This document shows, in pieces, positions 1 through 11,239 of a stretch of 64,000 nucleotides of DNA (its first letter is position 1; every line of letters begins with the position of its first letter). The DNA is from an uncultured Bacteroidota bacterium (GTDB lineage: Bacteria > Bacteroidota > Bacteroidia > Flavobacteriales > Flavobacteriaceae). The stretch is taken from the NCBI GenBank assembly GCA_902577515.1, contig CACGZJ010000003.1, positions 32,418 to 96,417 on the forward strand. Reading direction: 5' to 3'. The notes beneath the pieces were generated by a model. It worked only from the letters and a program-made list of their open reading frames with translations. It did no database searches and was not told the origin of the DNA. The translations under genes were made by a program, and so were the position numbers.

Positions 1-852
1 GGTAAGACTTTATCAAAACCTAGAAGCTATAAAGATTTATCAGCATCTGGAACTATTGACAATTCATTGTATTTGACTCTCGAAGAGCAAGGTAAAGATC
101 CTCTATTAACATACTATTTATCTGATATTTATGCTTGGACAATTGATTTTTTCAGACTTGACAAAGGAGATAAATTCAAAGTAATATATACTCAGGCATT
201 TGTTGATGATACAATTCCAGTAGCTATAACAAAAGTCAAAGCTGCTTATTTTGTTCACAAAGGAGTAGAGCGATATGCCTTTGAGTATGAAACTGATTCA
301 ATTAAAGGAATTGTTGAGTATTTAGATCAAGATGCTAAGAATTTAAGAAGAGCTTTTCTTCAATCCCCAATTAAATTTGGAAGAATTTCTTCAAGGTATA
401 ACTTAAGAAGAAGAATTGCATTATATGGCAATAGAGTCAGACCGCATAGGGGAACAGACTTTGCAGCTCCAATTGGGACATCAATTTTATCAACTGCAAA
501 TGGAACAGTAACAGAGGTAAGTTATACTAGAGCAAATGGAAGGTATGTGAAAGTGAAACACAATAACACATATACCACTCAGTATCTTCATATGCAAAAA
601 GCAAATGTAAAAGTTGGACAGTTTGTTGAACAAGGAGACATAATTGGCTTTGTAGGGATGACTGGGTATACTTCTGGACCTCATGTGTGTTATAGGTTCT
701 GGAAAGATGGACGCGAAGTTGACCCATTTAAACAAAAACTCCCAGAAGCTAAACCAATTAATGAATCACTAAAAAAGAAGTATTTTAGTGATATAGTTTT
801 AATTAAGTCTCAGCTTGATTCAATTGTGATAAGAAATAAAACTTCTATATAA
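1..852 (+). CDS. M23 family metallopeptidase; the 5' end lies outside the window
   Basis: Frame 1 is open from nt 1, with no stop before the TTG at 67, so the gene begins upstream. It has the HxxxD motif (HRGTD). It also has GPHVCYRF where M23 enzymes normally carry HxH. Confidence 0.8.
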   Translation, partial: GKTLSKPRSYKDLSASGTIDNSLYLTLEEQGKDPLLTYYLSDIYAWTIDFFRLDKGDKFKVIYTQAFVDDTIPVAITKVKAAYFVHKGVERYAFEYETDSIKGIVEYLDQDAKNLRRAFLQSPIKFGRISSRYNLRRRIALYGNRVRPHRGTDFAAPIGTSILSTANGTVTEVSYTRANGRYVKVKHNNTYTTQYLHMQKANVKVGQFVEQGDIIGFVGMTGYTSGPHVCYRFWKDGREVDPFKQKLPEAKPINESLKKKYFSDIVLIKSQLDSIVIRNKTSI

Positions 853-2408
853 TGTCTTTATCAAAGAAGAATCCAACAAATCAGAAATCTTGGTCTAGCC
901 TAGAGAAGCTTTACAATCAAGAAAACAATTTACATATCAACGATTATTTTAAAAGTGAAAAGAATAGACTTGAAAAGTTTACAGCTAGTTTTGATGATTT
1001 ATATGTTGATTTTTCGAAAAATAGAATCAGTAAAGAAGCTTTTGATTTATTAATTGAACTTTGTAAGGAGACAGACCTTAAAGAAAATATAGATAAGTAT
1101 TTTAATGGATCTACCATAAATGAAACTGAAAACAGGTCAGTTCTGCATACGGCATTGAGGTCTAAGAATAATGCCTCAACCGAAATATCTGAAGAGGTAA
1201 AAAATACTTTATCAAAAATTAGAACTATTTCTGATGAGATTAACAACGGCGTTAGGGTTGGACATTCTGGGGGAAAAATTGAGAATGTTGTAAATATAGG
1301 TATAGGTGGATCACATCTTGGACCAGAAATGGTGACTGAAGCTTTAAGTGTTTACTCACAGGGTATTAAACCTTATTTCATTTCAAATATAGACCCAGAT
1401 TATACAGAAAATTTACTGAAATCACTCAATCCAGATACAACAATTTTTATTATTGTTTCTAAGACATTTACAACCATTGAAACTCTTGAAAATGCTAAAA
1501 AAGTCAGAAAATGGTTTATTAAAAATGTAAATGAAGAATCAATAAAAAATCATTTCATCGCAGTTTCAAATAATACTGAAGATCCAAAAGAATTCGGAAT
1601 TGAATCTAAAAATATTCTTTCTATTCCTGAATGGGTAGGTGGAAGATTCTCTTTGTGGGGTTCTGTAGGTTTAATTATTTCAATTTGTATTGGATCTAAA
1701 AATTTTGATGACTTTTTAAGAGGAGCAAGAGAAATGGATCTACATTTCAAAGAAACTCCTTTCAAAAAAAATATACCAGTAGTACTTGCCCTAATAAGTA
1801 TATGGTACAACAACTTTTTTAAGTGTGAAACTGAGGTAATTCTTCCGTATAATCAATTCCTTTGTAAACTTCCAGATTATCTTCAACAAGTAAGCATGGA
1901 GAGTAACGGAAAAAGCATAGATAGGGAAGGTAAAAAGGTAGATTATGAATCAGGAACAATAATCTGGGGGTCAACAGGAACAAATGCGCAACATGCTTTT
2001 TTTCAACTTATGCACCAAGGCACAAAACTAATTCCAGCAGATTTTATCGCCTTTAAGGAGCCTTTATATGATGATGTTGAACAGCATAAAATTTTAACTT
2101 CAAATTTCTTAGCTCAGACAAATGCTTTATTGGTTGGAAATATAAAATCTGATAATGAAATTCAAAAAAACATTGATGGTAATAAACCCTCTAATACAAT
2201 ACTTATTAACAGGTTAACACCATATAATCTTGGATCTTTGATAGCTATGTATGAAAGTAAAATTTTTGCTATAGGTTCCATTTTGAATATATATAGTTTT
2301 GATCAATGGGGTGTTGAGTTAGGAAAATCAATAGCTAAACAGATTTTGGAAAATGGTAAATCTAACCTAGACGAGTCATCCTCTCAAATTTATGATAAGC
2401 TCCTATAA
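852..2408 (+). CDS. pgi: glucose-6-phosphate isomerase
   Basis: 518 aa. PGI signatures are present: IGIGGSHLGP, VSKTFTT.ET, ESNGK, and the QHAFFQLMHQG block. The ATG overlaps the upstream stop (TAATG). Confidence 0.95.
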   Translation: MSLSKKNPTNQKSWSSLEKLYNQENNLHINDYFKSEKNRLEKFTASFDDLYVDFSKNRISKEAFDLLIELCKETDLKENIDKYFNGSTINETENRSVLHTALRSKNNASTEISEEVKNTLSKIRTISDEINNGVRVGHSGGKIENVVNIGIGGSHLGPEMVTEALSVYSQGIKPYFISNIDPDYTENLLKSLNPDTTIFIIVSKTFTTIETLENAKKVRKWFIKNVNEESIKNHFIAVSNNTEDPKEFGIESKNILSIPEWVGGRFSLWGSVGLIISICIGSKNFDDFLRGAREMDLHFKETPFKKNIPVVLALISIWYNNFFKCETEVILPYNQFLCKLPDYLQQVSMESNGKSIDREGKKVDYESGTIIWGSTGTNAQHAFFQLMHQGTKLIPADFIAFKEPLYDDVEQHKILTSNFLAQTNALLVGNIKSDNEIQKNIDGNKPSNTILINRLTPYNLGSLIAMYESKIFAIGSILNIYSFDQWGVELGKSIAKQILENGKSNLDESSSQIYDKLL

Positions 2409-2484
2409 ATTTGTCTTTTAAATATATCCACATTAATTAGTGTTCTGTTAATATTTACTTAATTAAAAGAAGAATTTTAAATCC

Positions 2485-2492
2485 TATTTTTG
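2485..2492 (+). promoter_or_regulatory. candidate -7 box TATTTTTG (TAnnTTTG class)
   Basis: Matches the Bacteroidota -7 consensus. It lies 36 nt upstream of the ATG at 2529, in a 120-bp gap. Confidence 0.4.
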
Positions 2493-2528
2493 ATTAACAT
2501 CAAATACTAATACTAATTACAAATAATA

Positions 2529-5063
2529 ATGAAAAAATTAAGCTTAATATTATTTTCTCTTTTTACATTTACAATATCAGCTCAAGAGTCTGTTCTAGAC
2601 TCTATAGCTTTGACTGAAGTTACTGTGACTTCTCAAGTTGTTGATGTGGCTAGAGACAGAATAACTCCTATTGCATTTAGTTCAGTTTCAGGTGCTGAGA
2701 TTGATCTTAAAGCTGGAAATCTTGAGTTTGTTGAAACACTTAAAAGGACCCCTGGGGTCTATACAAATCAGGATAACGGTGGTTATGGTGATGGTCAAAT
2801 GTATGTAAGAGGTTTTGGTTTTACCAACACCGCTTATGTAATTAATGGTCAACCAGTAAACGACATGGAAAATGGTCGTGTTTATTGGTCAAACTGGATG
2901 GGGCTAATTGATCTTACGTCAAGTGTTCAAATTCAAAGAGGTCTTGGTTCAACATCTCTTGCAGTTCCCTCTGCGGGTGGAACTGTTTCAGTTAATACTC
3001 GAGCTGCTGAGGTAGACCCAGGCTCAGGAATTAAAATGTCAATTGGTGATAACAGTTATCAAAAGTTCACTGCATTTCATAATACTGGAGTTAATGAACT
3101 AGGTTGGTCTTCAAGTTTTCTTCTTGGATTTTGGCAAGGTGATGGTTGGAGAAATGGTATGCAAGGAGAGGGAACAACATATGCCTTTTCAGTTGGTTAT
3201 ACTCCTAGAGGAGGAAATCATGAATTTAACTTCTCATTAATTGGTGCTGGACAGTGGCATCATCAAGCATATTATGGGACACAGCTTCAAGATTATCTTG
3301 ATTATGGTCCAATACAGGGGGATGATTATAGAAAATTTAATGCATTGTATGGAGACTATCAAGGTGAAGAGTTTTCAATACTAAGGAATTACTACAATAA
3401 GCCGTTAGCAACATTTAACTGGGATTGGGAAATTTCAAGTAGAGTAACTTTAGCAACATCTCTATATGGTTCTGCTGGAAGAGGTGGTGGAACAGGTTTA
3501 AGAGGAAGAGGATCTTATGGTGTTAGTCCATTCAGGGAGTCATATGCCGAGTATCTTGATGATCATGGTGAGTGGAGAAATTCAGATACAACTATAAATT
3601 GGAATGTTGCTGTTCAGAAAAATGCTGCTGGAGCACATGTGCCTGACAGTGGCCCTTTTGCAGGAATGAAACTTGGATATCACAATACAATTGATGGTCT
3701 TCCAAGTAAATGGGGGGCAGATACAACTATAAGAAGATTCTCAACAAACTCCCACAACTGGTTGGGTGGAATTTCTAAAATTAAAATAGATTCAGATAAT
3801 TTTAGATATGAAGTTGGAATTGACTTAAGATCTTACAAAGCATACCATAGAAGAGGTCCTGAAACTCTATTTGGACTTGATGGATATATTTCTACTATAA
3901 ATGGATTTAATTTTTCAGGAAATGGTGATAGAATTGGAACTGTTATTACTGACACATATGAAGCAAATCCATTTAAAAATTTAGGTATGGATAATCCTAA
4001 TGGATCTCAAAGGTATTATATTGGTCATGTTAATTGGACAGGTTTTAACGGTCTAATGGAATATACTGGTAGTGATAAATTCTCGGCTGTACTTCAATTT
4101 GGTACATCAAGTCAAGACTATCAATGGGAAGGTTTTTATACTGCTGCACCGGACACTAAAAGTAGAGTGGTTACTGTAAATGGAGGATATATTAAAGGTG
4201 GTGCTAACTATAGAGCAAATGATAATTCAAATTTTTTCTTCAATGTGGGGCAAATAATGAGACCTCCATCTTTCGATGGTGTATTCCCTAATGCTGACTA
4301 TGATTTTGAAGAAGCTGATGAAATTCTTAATGAATCATTTACTTCATTCGAGCTTGGATATGGTTTTAGATCTTCTAATTTTAAAGGTACTATTAATGCA
4401 TATCACACTGTATGGGGAGACAGAACACTAAGGAGAAGCACGTCGATTGATGATCAGGGAGTAAGAATCATCTATAGTGGTGTAGAGCAAACTCATCAGG
4501 GTATTGAAGGTGAAATGACATGGTACCCTTCAAGTAGGCTCAGAATAAAAGGAATGGTTTCACTTGGTGATTGGAAATATACCAAAAACTTTCAGGGAGA
4601 TGCCTACTTCATTGATAATAACCAGCCTGCTGGAACAACTGGGACACTCTATTTAGATGGAGTTAAAATTGGAGACGCAGCTCAAACTGTATTTTACTTA
4701 GGTCTTGACTATAAGCTTTCATCTAAACTATCTGTTGATTTAGATATGATGAGTTTTGATAATCTTCATGGTAGGTTTGGGCCTCTTGATAGCGAATTTA
4801 ATTCTGCGAATAATAGAGGATCTATCAAATTGCCGTCATGGGGGACTGCAGACTTAGGTGCTACATATACATTTAATTTATTAGGTTATGATGCAAGGGC
4901 TAGATTAAATGTAAATAATCTGTTTGATGAAGAATATCTTTCTCAATCACAAACTAATTTCCATAACGATGGAGGAAGAACTTGGAATGGTATTAATGTT
5001 GAAAACAATGTATACTTTGGAAAAGGTACAACATGGAATTTAGGATTAAATATTAATTTCTAA
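2529..5063 (+). CDS. TonB-dependent outer-membrane receptor
   Basis: 844 aa. It has a signal peptide ending ISAQ, an N-terminal plug-like region (RGFGF.., IQRGLGS), a long Gly/Tyr/Asn-rich beta-barrel, and a C-terminal aromatic residue (..NINF). Confidence 0.85.
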   Translation: MKKLSLILFSLFTFTISAQESVLDSIALTEVTVTSQVVDVARDRITPIAFSSVSGAEIDLKAGNLEFVETLKRTPGVYTNQDNGGYGDGQMYVRGFGFTNTAYVINGQPVNDMENGRVYWSNWMGLIDLTSSVQIQRGLGSTSLAVPSAGGTVSVNTRAAEVDPGSGIKMSIGDNSYQKFTAFHNTGVNELGWSSSFLLGFWQGDGWRNGMQGEGTTYAFSVGYTPRGGNHEFNFSLIGAGQWHHQAYYGTQLQDYLDYGPIQGDDYRKFNALYGDYQGEEFSILRNYYNKPLATFNWDWEISSRVTLATSLYGSAGRGGGTGLRGRGSYGVSPFRESYAEYLDDHGEWRNSDTTINWNVAVQKNAAGAHVPDSGPFAGMKLGYHNTIDGLPSKWGADTTIRRFSTNSHNWLGGISKIKIDSDNFRYEVGIDLRSYKAYHRRGPETLFGLDGYISTINGFNFSGNGDRIGTVITDTYEANPFKNLGMDNPNGSQRYYIGHVNWTGFNGLMEYTGSDKFSAVLQFGTSSQDYQWEGFYTAAPDTKSRVVTVNGGYIKGGANYRANDNSNFFFNVGQIMRPPSFDGVFPNADYDFEEADEILNESFTSFELGYGFRSSNFKGTINAYHTVWGDRTLRRSTSIDDQGVRIIYSGVEQTHQGIEGEMTWYPSSRLRIKGMVSLGDWKYTKNFQGDAYFIDNNQPAGTTGTLYLDGVKIGDAAQTVFYLGLDYKLSSKLSVDLDMMSFDNLHGRFGPLDSEFNSANNRGSIKLPSWGTADLGATYTFNLLGYDARARLNVNNLFDEEYLSQSQTNFHNDGGRTWNGINVENNVYFGKGTTWNLGLNINF

Positions 5064-5081
5064 AAGTTAAAATCATTTCTT

Positions 5082-5112
5082 AAAAAAAAACCCTGCTCTT
5101 GCAGGGTTTTTT
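5082..5112. terminator. bidirectional intrinsic terminator hairpin
   Basis: A9 tract, CCCTGC, loop tctt, GCAGGG, then T6. It sits between the convergent receptor gene and recJ and overlaps the recJ stop codon. Confidence 0.75.
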
Positions 5113-6781
5113 AATTTGAACTAATTTCTTTAATAGTGAGTTCTACTTGATCTTTGCCTGAAAAGGAATTGATGCTTATAGTAAACAGAATATTTAAAGG
5201 TGATTTTAAATTTATGAGTTCATCTTTTTTGCTGAATGAAATAAATGGAAGAATAGTATTAGAGGAATCCATGATATAAGATTTCACGATTTGTGATTCC
5301 TTGCCGATAAACTTTAATTCATCTGTTATACTGCAATTATCTGCTCTAAATATTGGTCTTTTATTTTCAAGTCCAAAAGGGGACATCCTTGAAATTATCT
5401 TTACGTTTTCAATGGTAAGATCTGAGAAAGAAACTTCAAGATCATACTTATGCTTTCTTTCAAACATGTTCCCATTAACTGCTTCTTTAATAGTTTTTTC
5501 AAAATGTTCACTAAACATGTTTAGTTTAGATTTTTCAATTTTTACACCCGCTGCAAATTTATGACCACCAAATTGATATAGATACTTTTCACACTTAATT
5601 AATGCATTATAAACATCAAATCCCGATACAGATCTTACAGATCCTGTAAGTAATTCTTCATCAAAATCCGTAATTATTATTGTTGGTTTATATGATTTTT
5701 CAATTATTCTTGAGGCTACAATGCCTAACACACCTGTATTCCAGTTTTGACCATAAATAATATTAGCATACTTAGTGTGATCAATTTTTTGAACTACATT
5801 TTCAAATACATCTTTTTCAATAGCCCTTCGTTTTATATTCAAGAATTCTACTTCGTTTGACAAAGGTATAGTCTTGTTAGCATCTTCCTCTACTAGAAGA
5901 TCAACGATAATTTTTCCATTTTTCATTCGTCCTGCAGCATTTATTCTTGGCCCTATTGTAAAAGATATTTTTGATTCATCTACTTTATTATTATTTGATT
6001 TCAAAAAGTTTCTAAGTCCTAGTCTTGGATTATTATTAATTTGCTTTAATCCATGAAATACCATAACTCTATTTTCATCAATTAAGGGCATCATATCCGA
6101 AACCGTTGCCAATGCAACAAAGTCAAGAAGACTATGAATATTTAATTTATTGTCTGATTTTATATTATGAGCTGTTATTAGTTTATATGCTATTCCACAA
6201 CCACAAAGATCTTTAAAAGGGTAGTCACAATCTGATTGTTTTGGATTTAAAATTGCATAAGCTTTAGGAACTTTAATATCAGGCAAATGATGGTCACAAA
6301 TAATAATATCAATTCCTTTTGAATTAGCATATTCAACTTGATTTACTGCTTTTATGCCACAATCTACAGTGATGATTAATGTAATATTATTCTCTTTGGC
6401 GTAATCAATTGATTTGGACGATACCCCATATCCTTCTTTATATCTATCTGGTATATAATAAATCAGCTCAAAATGTCTATATTTAAAATATGTATATAAC
6501 ATAGATGTTGAAGTAGTTCCGTCAACATCATAATCTCCTAAAATCATTACTTTTTCACTTTTAGCATTATTAATTCTAGCTACAGCTTTTTCCATGTCCT
6601 TCATTAAATATGGATCATGAAGAGAATCTAATTCCGGTCTAAAAAAAATTTTTGCTTTATCTAAAGAATTAACACCTCGCTGAAGTAACAGTGAACAGAT
6701 AAAGTGTGGGATTTTTAACTCTAGTTGAAGGGAATTAATCTCATCAGTAATGGGTTGATCAATTTTAATCCAGTTTTTCAT
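5111..6781 (-). CDS. recJ: single-stranded-DNA-specific exonuclease RecJ
   Basis: 556 aa. DHH motifs are present (GDYDVDG, DCG, ICDHH), followed by a DHHA1-like GGHKFAAG. Confidence 0.92.
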   Translation of the reverse strand: MKNWIKIDQPITDEINSLQLELKIPHFICSLLLQRGVNSLDKAKIFFRPELDSLHDPYLMKDMEKAVARINNAKSEKVMILGDYDVDGTTSTSMLYTYFKYRHFELIYYIPDRYKEGYGVSSKSIDYAKENNITLIITVDCGIKAVNQVEYANSKGIDIIICDHHLPDIKVPKAYAILNPKQSDCDYPFKDLCGCGIAYKLITAHNIKSDNKLNIHSLLDFVALATVSDMMPLIDENRVMVFHGLKQINNNPRLGLRNFLKSNNNKVDESKISFTIGPRINAAGRMKNGKIIVDLLVEEDANKTIPLSNEVEFLNIKRRAIEKDVFENVVQKIDHTKYANIIYGQNWNTGVLGIVASRIIEKSYKPTIIITDFDEELLTGSVRSVSGFDVYNALIKCEKYLYQFGGHKFAAGVKIEKSKLNMFSEHFEKTIKEAVNGNMFERKHKYDLEVSFSDLTIENVKIISRMSPFGLENKRPIFRADNCSITDELKFIGKESQIVKSYIMDSSNTILPFISFSKKDELINLKSPLNILFTISINSFSGKDQVELTIKEISSN

Positions 6782-7464
6782 CCAGCTTTATCAATACATA
6801 TTACATATTCACCCTTTATTGTTCTTTCATTATATTCAAGAATGACTTCTTGTATTGTCCCTCTAAATACTTCTTCATAAATTTTGGATATTTCTTTAAC
6901 TATAGCAATTTTTCTATCCGAACCAATTGTTTCCTCTAGATCAGAAAGTGTTTTAATTATTCTAAATGGTGATTCATATAAGATTGTAGTTTTAGTATTT
7001 TGAGAAATTTCATATAGTTTAGACTTTCTCCCTTTTTTTCTTGGTAAAAACCCTTCAAAAATAAAACTGTCACTTGGTAATCCACTCATAACTAGTGCAG
7101 GGACAAATGCAGTTGGGCCAGGCAGACAGGTTATTAATATATTATTTTTTATTGCTTCACGAATCAGCAAAAATCCAGGATCAGATATACAAGGAGTTCC
7201 GGCATCTGTTATTAAGGATACTTTATTGCCATTAATTATCATTTGAACGTATTCATCAACTCTTTTATGTTCATTATTAAGATGGTAACTATTAACCTTG
7301 GCTGAAATATTATGGTGCTTTAGTAATTTTTGTGCATGCCTTGTATCCTCTGCCAATATAATATTTGAATTTTTAAGTGTTTCTATAGCTCTCAAAGTAA
7401 TATCTTCCATATTGCCAATAGGAGTTGGAACTATATATAGTTGAGTATCATTTATCATCGTCAC
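6778..7464 (-). CDS. rsmI: 16S rRNA (cytidine1402-2'-O)-methyltransferase
   Basis: 228 aa. N-terminus LYIVPTPIGN..DITLRA...L....IILAEDTR and SDPG motifs. There is a 4-nt overlap with recJ. Confidence 0.9.
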   Translation of the reverse strand: MTMINDTQLYIVPTPIGNMEDITLRAIETLKNSNIILAEDTRHAQKLLKHHNISAKVNSYHLNNEHKRVDEYVQMIINGNKVSLITDAGTPCISDPGFLLIREAIKNNILITCLPGPTAFVPALVMSGLPSDSFIFEGFLPRKKGRKSKLYEISQNTKTTILYESPFRIIKTLSDLEETIGSDRKIAIVKEISKIYEEVFRGTIQEVILEYNERTIKGEYVICIDKAG

Positions 7465-7765
7465 TTTCTGGTATTTCAGTAACTAAGTCTTTTATGGAGT
7501 CAATTAATGGAATTATTTCACTTTCATTATAGGGTAATTGATGGTTTTTTTCTGACGATAGATCAAGTTGGCCTAATGTCTCCTTTAATCTCTCAGAGTA
7601 CAATACCCAGTCGGAATTTTGTTTACTCTTTGAGAGAAATTTATATATTATAGCTAATTCATATATTTTTTTTGCATCCTTATATATTTCATCCTGATCT
7701 AGTTTATTAGATTTATTAATTTTTTCCGCAATCTCTTTTATTTTATATTCTATTTTTTTAAACAC
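7448..7765 (-). CDS. hypothetical acidic protein
   Basis: 105-aa ORF that overlaps the rsmI start by 17 nt. I recognise no motif. Confidence 0.5.
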   Translation of the reverse strand: MFKKIEYKIKEIAEKINKSNKLDQDEIYKDAKKIYELAIIYKFLSKSKQNSDWVLYSERLKETLGQLDLSSEKNHQLPYNESEIIPLIDSIKDLVTEIPESDDDK

Positions 7766-7832
7766 ATCTATAAATTATAATAATGAATTACTTTTTGATA
7801 AATTAGCTTTATTTTTCAATTTAAATTACAAA

Positions 7833-8420
7833 ATGTTTTTAGAAAACCCTGCATACAACAGTGAACAATTTGGTTGGATTGAAGTAATCTGTGGATCAAT
7901 GTTTTCTGGCAAAACGGAGGAGTTAATAAGAAGGGTTAAAAGAGCAAAAATTGCAAATCAAAATGTTAAAATTTTTAAACCTATTATTGACTCAAGAACT
8001 AAAAACTTTATTGAATCGCATGACGATAATAAACTTCAGTCAATTGAAGTAAAATCATCATCAGAAATTTTAAATAAGTTAAAAAACTGTGATGTAGTAG
8101 CTATAGATGAAGCTCAGTTTTTTGATGATGAAATAATTGATGTCTGCAATATCATTGCAAACAAGGGTGTTAGAGTAATTGTTGCAGGATTGGATATGGA
8201 TTATCTTGGCAAACCATTTGGACCAATGCCAGATCTTATGGCTATCTCTGAGTATGTTACTAAAGTTCATGCAGTATGTAAAAAGTCTGGAAATATTGCT
8301 AACTATAGTTACAGAAAAAATAGAAAGAAGGATATTGTGATAATAGGTGAGAAAGATAAATATGAGGCTTTAAGTAGAGCGATGTTTTTTAAAAAAATGA
8401 AAAAGAATAAATCAAAATGA
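7833..8420 (+). CDS. tdk: thymidine kinase
   Basis: 195 aa. P-loop GSMFSGKTEEL, IDEAQFF, and the C-terminal Cys-containing region. Confidence 0.93.
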   Translation: MFLENPAYNSEQFGWIEVICGSMFSGKTEELIRRVKRAKIANQNVKIFKPIIDSRTKNFIESHDDNKLQSIEVKSSSEILNKLKNCDVVAIDEAQFFDDEIIDVCNIIANKGVRVIVAGLDMDYLGKPFGPMPDLMAISEYVTKVHAVCKKSGNIANYSYRKNRKKDIVIIGEKDKYEALSRAMFFKKMKKNKSK

Positions 8421-9406
8421 AAGTAGCTATAGTAGGATCAACTGGGGTTGTGGGCAAAGTAATGCTAGATCTTCTTAAGAGTAGAAACTTTCCAGTAAGT
8501 GAATTAATTCTTGTTGCCTCTAAGAAGTCTTTAGGTAAAAAATTGCTCTTTAACGATAAAGAATACGATATCGTCTCCATTGAAGATGCTTTAAAAATGA
8601 AGCCAGATATTGCGTTATTTTCTGCAGGTGGCTCAACATCTTTGGAGTGGGCTCCCCAATTCGCTTCAGTTGGAACAAGAGTTATTGATAATTCTTCAGC
8701 ATGGAGAATGGACTCATCAAAAAAATTAGTTGTTACTGAAGTAAATTCTGAAGTTTTAACAAAGGATGATTACATTATTGCTAATCCCAATTGTTCAACA
8801 ATGCAATTGATGGTAGTTTTAGCTCCTCTTCATAAAGCATATAAAATCAAAAGGTTAGTTATATCAACATATCAATCAGTATCTGGAACTGGAAAAAATG
8901 CTATTGATCAGCTGAATGGAGAAAGAAGTGATTCAGGCCCTGAAATGATATATCCTCATAGTATTGATCAAAACCTTCTTCCGCATTGTGATGTTTTTGA
9001 GGAAGGAGGTTATACAAAAGAAGAAAACAAATTGATAAATGAAACTAGAAAAATTTTAAGTGATAACTCAATTCAAATTACTTCAACTGCAGTTAGAGTT
9101 CCTATTGAGATCTGTCATGGTGAATCTGTAAATATTGAGTTTGAAAATCAATTTGAGCTAGACAATGTTTTTGAAATTTTAAAAAATTCTCCAGGTCTTG
9201 TTGTAGAAGATGATCCTATAAATAATTTATACCCTATGCCAATAAACTCTGCTAATAAGGATGATGTTTTTGTTGGAAGAATTAGGAGAGATTTTAGTAT
9301 TAAAAGTGGGTTAAATATTTGGGTTGTTGCAGATAACTTAAGAAAAGGAGCTGCAACAAATACAATTCAAATTGCTGAGAAATTAATTGAAATGAAGATC
9401 ATATAG
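8417..9406 (+). CDS. asd: aspartate-semialdehyde dehydrogenase
   Basis: 329 aa. [13 protein letters not shown] Rossmann start, active-site NPNCST, and C-terminal DNLRKGAA. It overlaps the tdk stop (ATGA). Confidence 0.93.
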   Translation: MKVAIVGSTGVVGKVMLDLLKSRNFPVSELILVASKKSLGKKLLFNDKEYDIVSIEDALKMKPDIALFSAGGSTSLEWAPQFASVGTRVIDNSSAWRMDSSKKLVVTEVNSEVLTKDDYIIANPNCSTMQLMVVLAPLHKAYKIKRLVISTYQSVSGTGKNAIDQLNGERSDSGPEMIYPHSIDQNLLPHCDVFEEGGYTKEENKLINETRKILSDNSIQITSTAVRVPIEICHGESVNIEFENQFELDNVFEILKNSPGLVVEDDPINNLYPMPINSANKDDVFVGRIRRDFSIKSGLNIWVVADNLRKGAATNTIQIAEKLIEMKII

Positions 9407-10742
9407 ATTCCATTTCAAAAGTGTCCATGAATTTAGTTGTATAGTTTCCTGAAATGAAATCTGGGTGCTCCATCATCTTTTGGTGAAAAGGTATTGTTGT
9501 TTTAACACCTTCAATAACAAATTCATCTAAGGCCCTTTTCATCTTATTTATGGCCTCTTCTCTAGTTTGTGCTGTTGTTATAAGTTTTGCAATCATTGAA
9601 TCATAGAAAGGTGGTATTAAGTAGCCACTATAAACATGTGTGTCAATTCTGATACCATGGCCTCCTGGAAAATGTAGAGTTAAAATTTTTCCTGGATTTG
9701 GCAAAAAATCATTATTTGGATCCTCTGCATTTATTCTACATTCAATTGAGCAAAGCTTTGGAAAATAGTTTTTACCAGAGATAGCTTCACCTGCTGCAAC
9801 TAGAATTTGTTCTCTTATCAAATCATAATCAATTACTTGTTCAGTGATAGGGTGTTCTACTTGTATCCTAGTATTCATTTCCATGAAATAAAATTTTTTA
9901 TGCTTATCAACTAGAAACTCAATAGTACCAGCACCTTCATATTTTATTGACTCAGCAGCTTTGACTGCAGCTTCACCCATTGCTTTTCTTAATGGCTTTG
10001 TCATAAAAGGCGAAGGTGTTTCCTCAATTAATTTTTGATGTCTTCTTTGAATTGAGCAATCTCTTTCTGATAAATGACATGCTTTTCCATAAGAATCACC
10101 AATAATTTGAATTTCAATATGCCTAGGGTCTTCTATAAATTTTTCTAGATACATGTCGTCATTATCAAAAGCTAATTTTGATTCCTGACGAGCAATCTCC
10201 CATGCAGAAGAAAGTTCTTTGGCATCTTTTGCAATTCTCATCCCCTTACCTCCTCCTCCAGCAGTAGCTTTTAACATAACAGGGTAACCTATTTCAAGTG
10301 CGATAGTTTGAGCATCCTCAAGTGTAGGAACAAGACCCTCAGATCCTGGAATAGTTGGTACTCCTGCAGCCTTCATAGTTTCTTTAGCAGACGATTTGTC
10401 TCCCATTTTTTCAATCATTTCTGGTGAAGCACCAATAAATTTTATTTTATGCTCTTCACAAATTTTTGAAAACTTACTGTTTTCTGATAAAAATCCATAT
10501 CCAGGGTGAATAGCATCTGCATTTGTAATTTCTGCAGCAGCAATAATATTTGCTGATTTTAAATAAGAATCTGAACTTGCACTTGGCCCGATACATACTG
10601 CTTCATCTGCAAATCTAACATGAAGGCTCTCCTCATCTGCTTTTGAGTATATTGCAACTGTTTTAATACCCATTTCTTTACACGTCCTAATAATACGCAT
10701 TGCAATCTCTCCTCTATTAGCAATTAATATTTTATTAAACAT
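9399..10742 (-). CDS. accC: acetyl-CoA carboxylase, biotin carboxylase subunit
   Basis: I start it at [14 protein letters not shown] (ATG at 10742), 1 nt after the accB stop. The longer track ORF would overlap accB. ATP-grasp motifs and the [10 protein letters not shown] block are present. Confidence 0.93.
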   Translation of the reverse strand: MFNKILIANRGEIAMRIIRTCKEMGIKTVAIYSKADEESLHVRFADEAVCIGPSASSDSYLKSANIIAAAEITNADAIHPGYGFLSENSKFSKICEEHKIKFIGASPEMIEKMGDKSSAKETMKAAGVPTIPGSEGLVPTLEDAQTIALEIGYPVMLKATAGGGGKGMRIAKDAKELSSAWEIARQESKLAFDNDDMYLEKFIEDPRHIEIQIIGDSYGKACHLSERDCSIQRRHQKLIEETPSPFMTKPLRKAMGEAAVKAAESIKYEGAGTIEFLVDKHKKFYFMEMNTRIQVEHPITEQVIDYDLIREQILVAAGEAISGKNYFPKLCSIECRINAEDPNNDFLPNPGKILTLHFPGGHGIRIDTHVYSGYLIPPFYDSMIAKLITTAQTREEAINKMKRALDEFVIEGVKTTIPFHQKMMEHPDFISGNYTTKFMDTFEMESI

Positions 10743-10743
10743 T

Positions 10744-11235
10744 TTAGGAAGGATCAATAATGAATAAAGGTTGATCAAATTCAACAGGGCTTTGATCATC
10801 AACTAAAATTTTAAGAATTTTACCAGAGAATTCTGATTCAATTTCATTAAATAGTTTCATGGCTTCTATTACACATAAAACGTCTCCTTTTGCGATACTT
10901 TTACCAACTTCTACAAAAGATGGTTTATCTGGAGATGGTTTTCTGTAAAAAGTTCCAATTATAGGAGACTTGATAACTATATGCTTTTCATCTTCTACCT
11001 CTAATTTAGAGGAAGGTATATCAGATTTTTGTTCTGGTGTTTCATTAATCACAGATGGTGAAATAGCTTTAGTAGAAGGTACACGAGCTAAAATATTATC
11101 TTCAACAATTATTTGTTGCGGAGGATCAGTTTTTGTTTTAATCGTAAGTTTAAAATTCTCTCTCTCAATCTTAACTTCTTCTACACCGGATTTTTGAACA
11201 AATTTTATCAGATTCTGTATTTCTTTAATATCCAT
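10744..11235 (-). CDS. accB: biotin carboxyl carrier protein
   Basis: 163 aa. It has a Pro/Ser-rich linker and the biotinyl-lysine motif [10 protein letters not shown]. Confidence 0.92.
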   Translation of the reverse strand: MDIKEIQNLIKFVQKSGVEEVKIERENFKLTIKTKTDPPQQIIVEDNILARVPSTKAISPSVINETPEQKSDIPSSKLEVEDEKHIVIKSPIIGTFYRKPSPDKPSFVEVGKSIAKGDVLCVIEAMKLFNEIESEFSGKILKILVDDQSPVEFDQPLFIIDPS

Positions 11236-11239
11236 AGTA

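Noticed and set aside
2409-2528. A riboswitch (cobalamin or TPP) upstream of the TonB-dependent receptor
   Set aside because: The 120 bp are almost pure A/T, with no GC-rich paired elements or conserved boxes.
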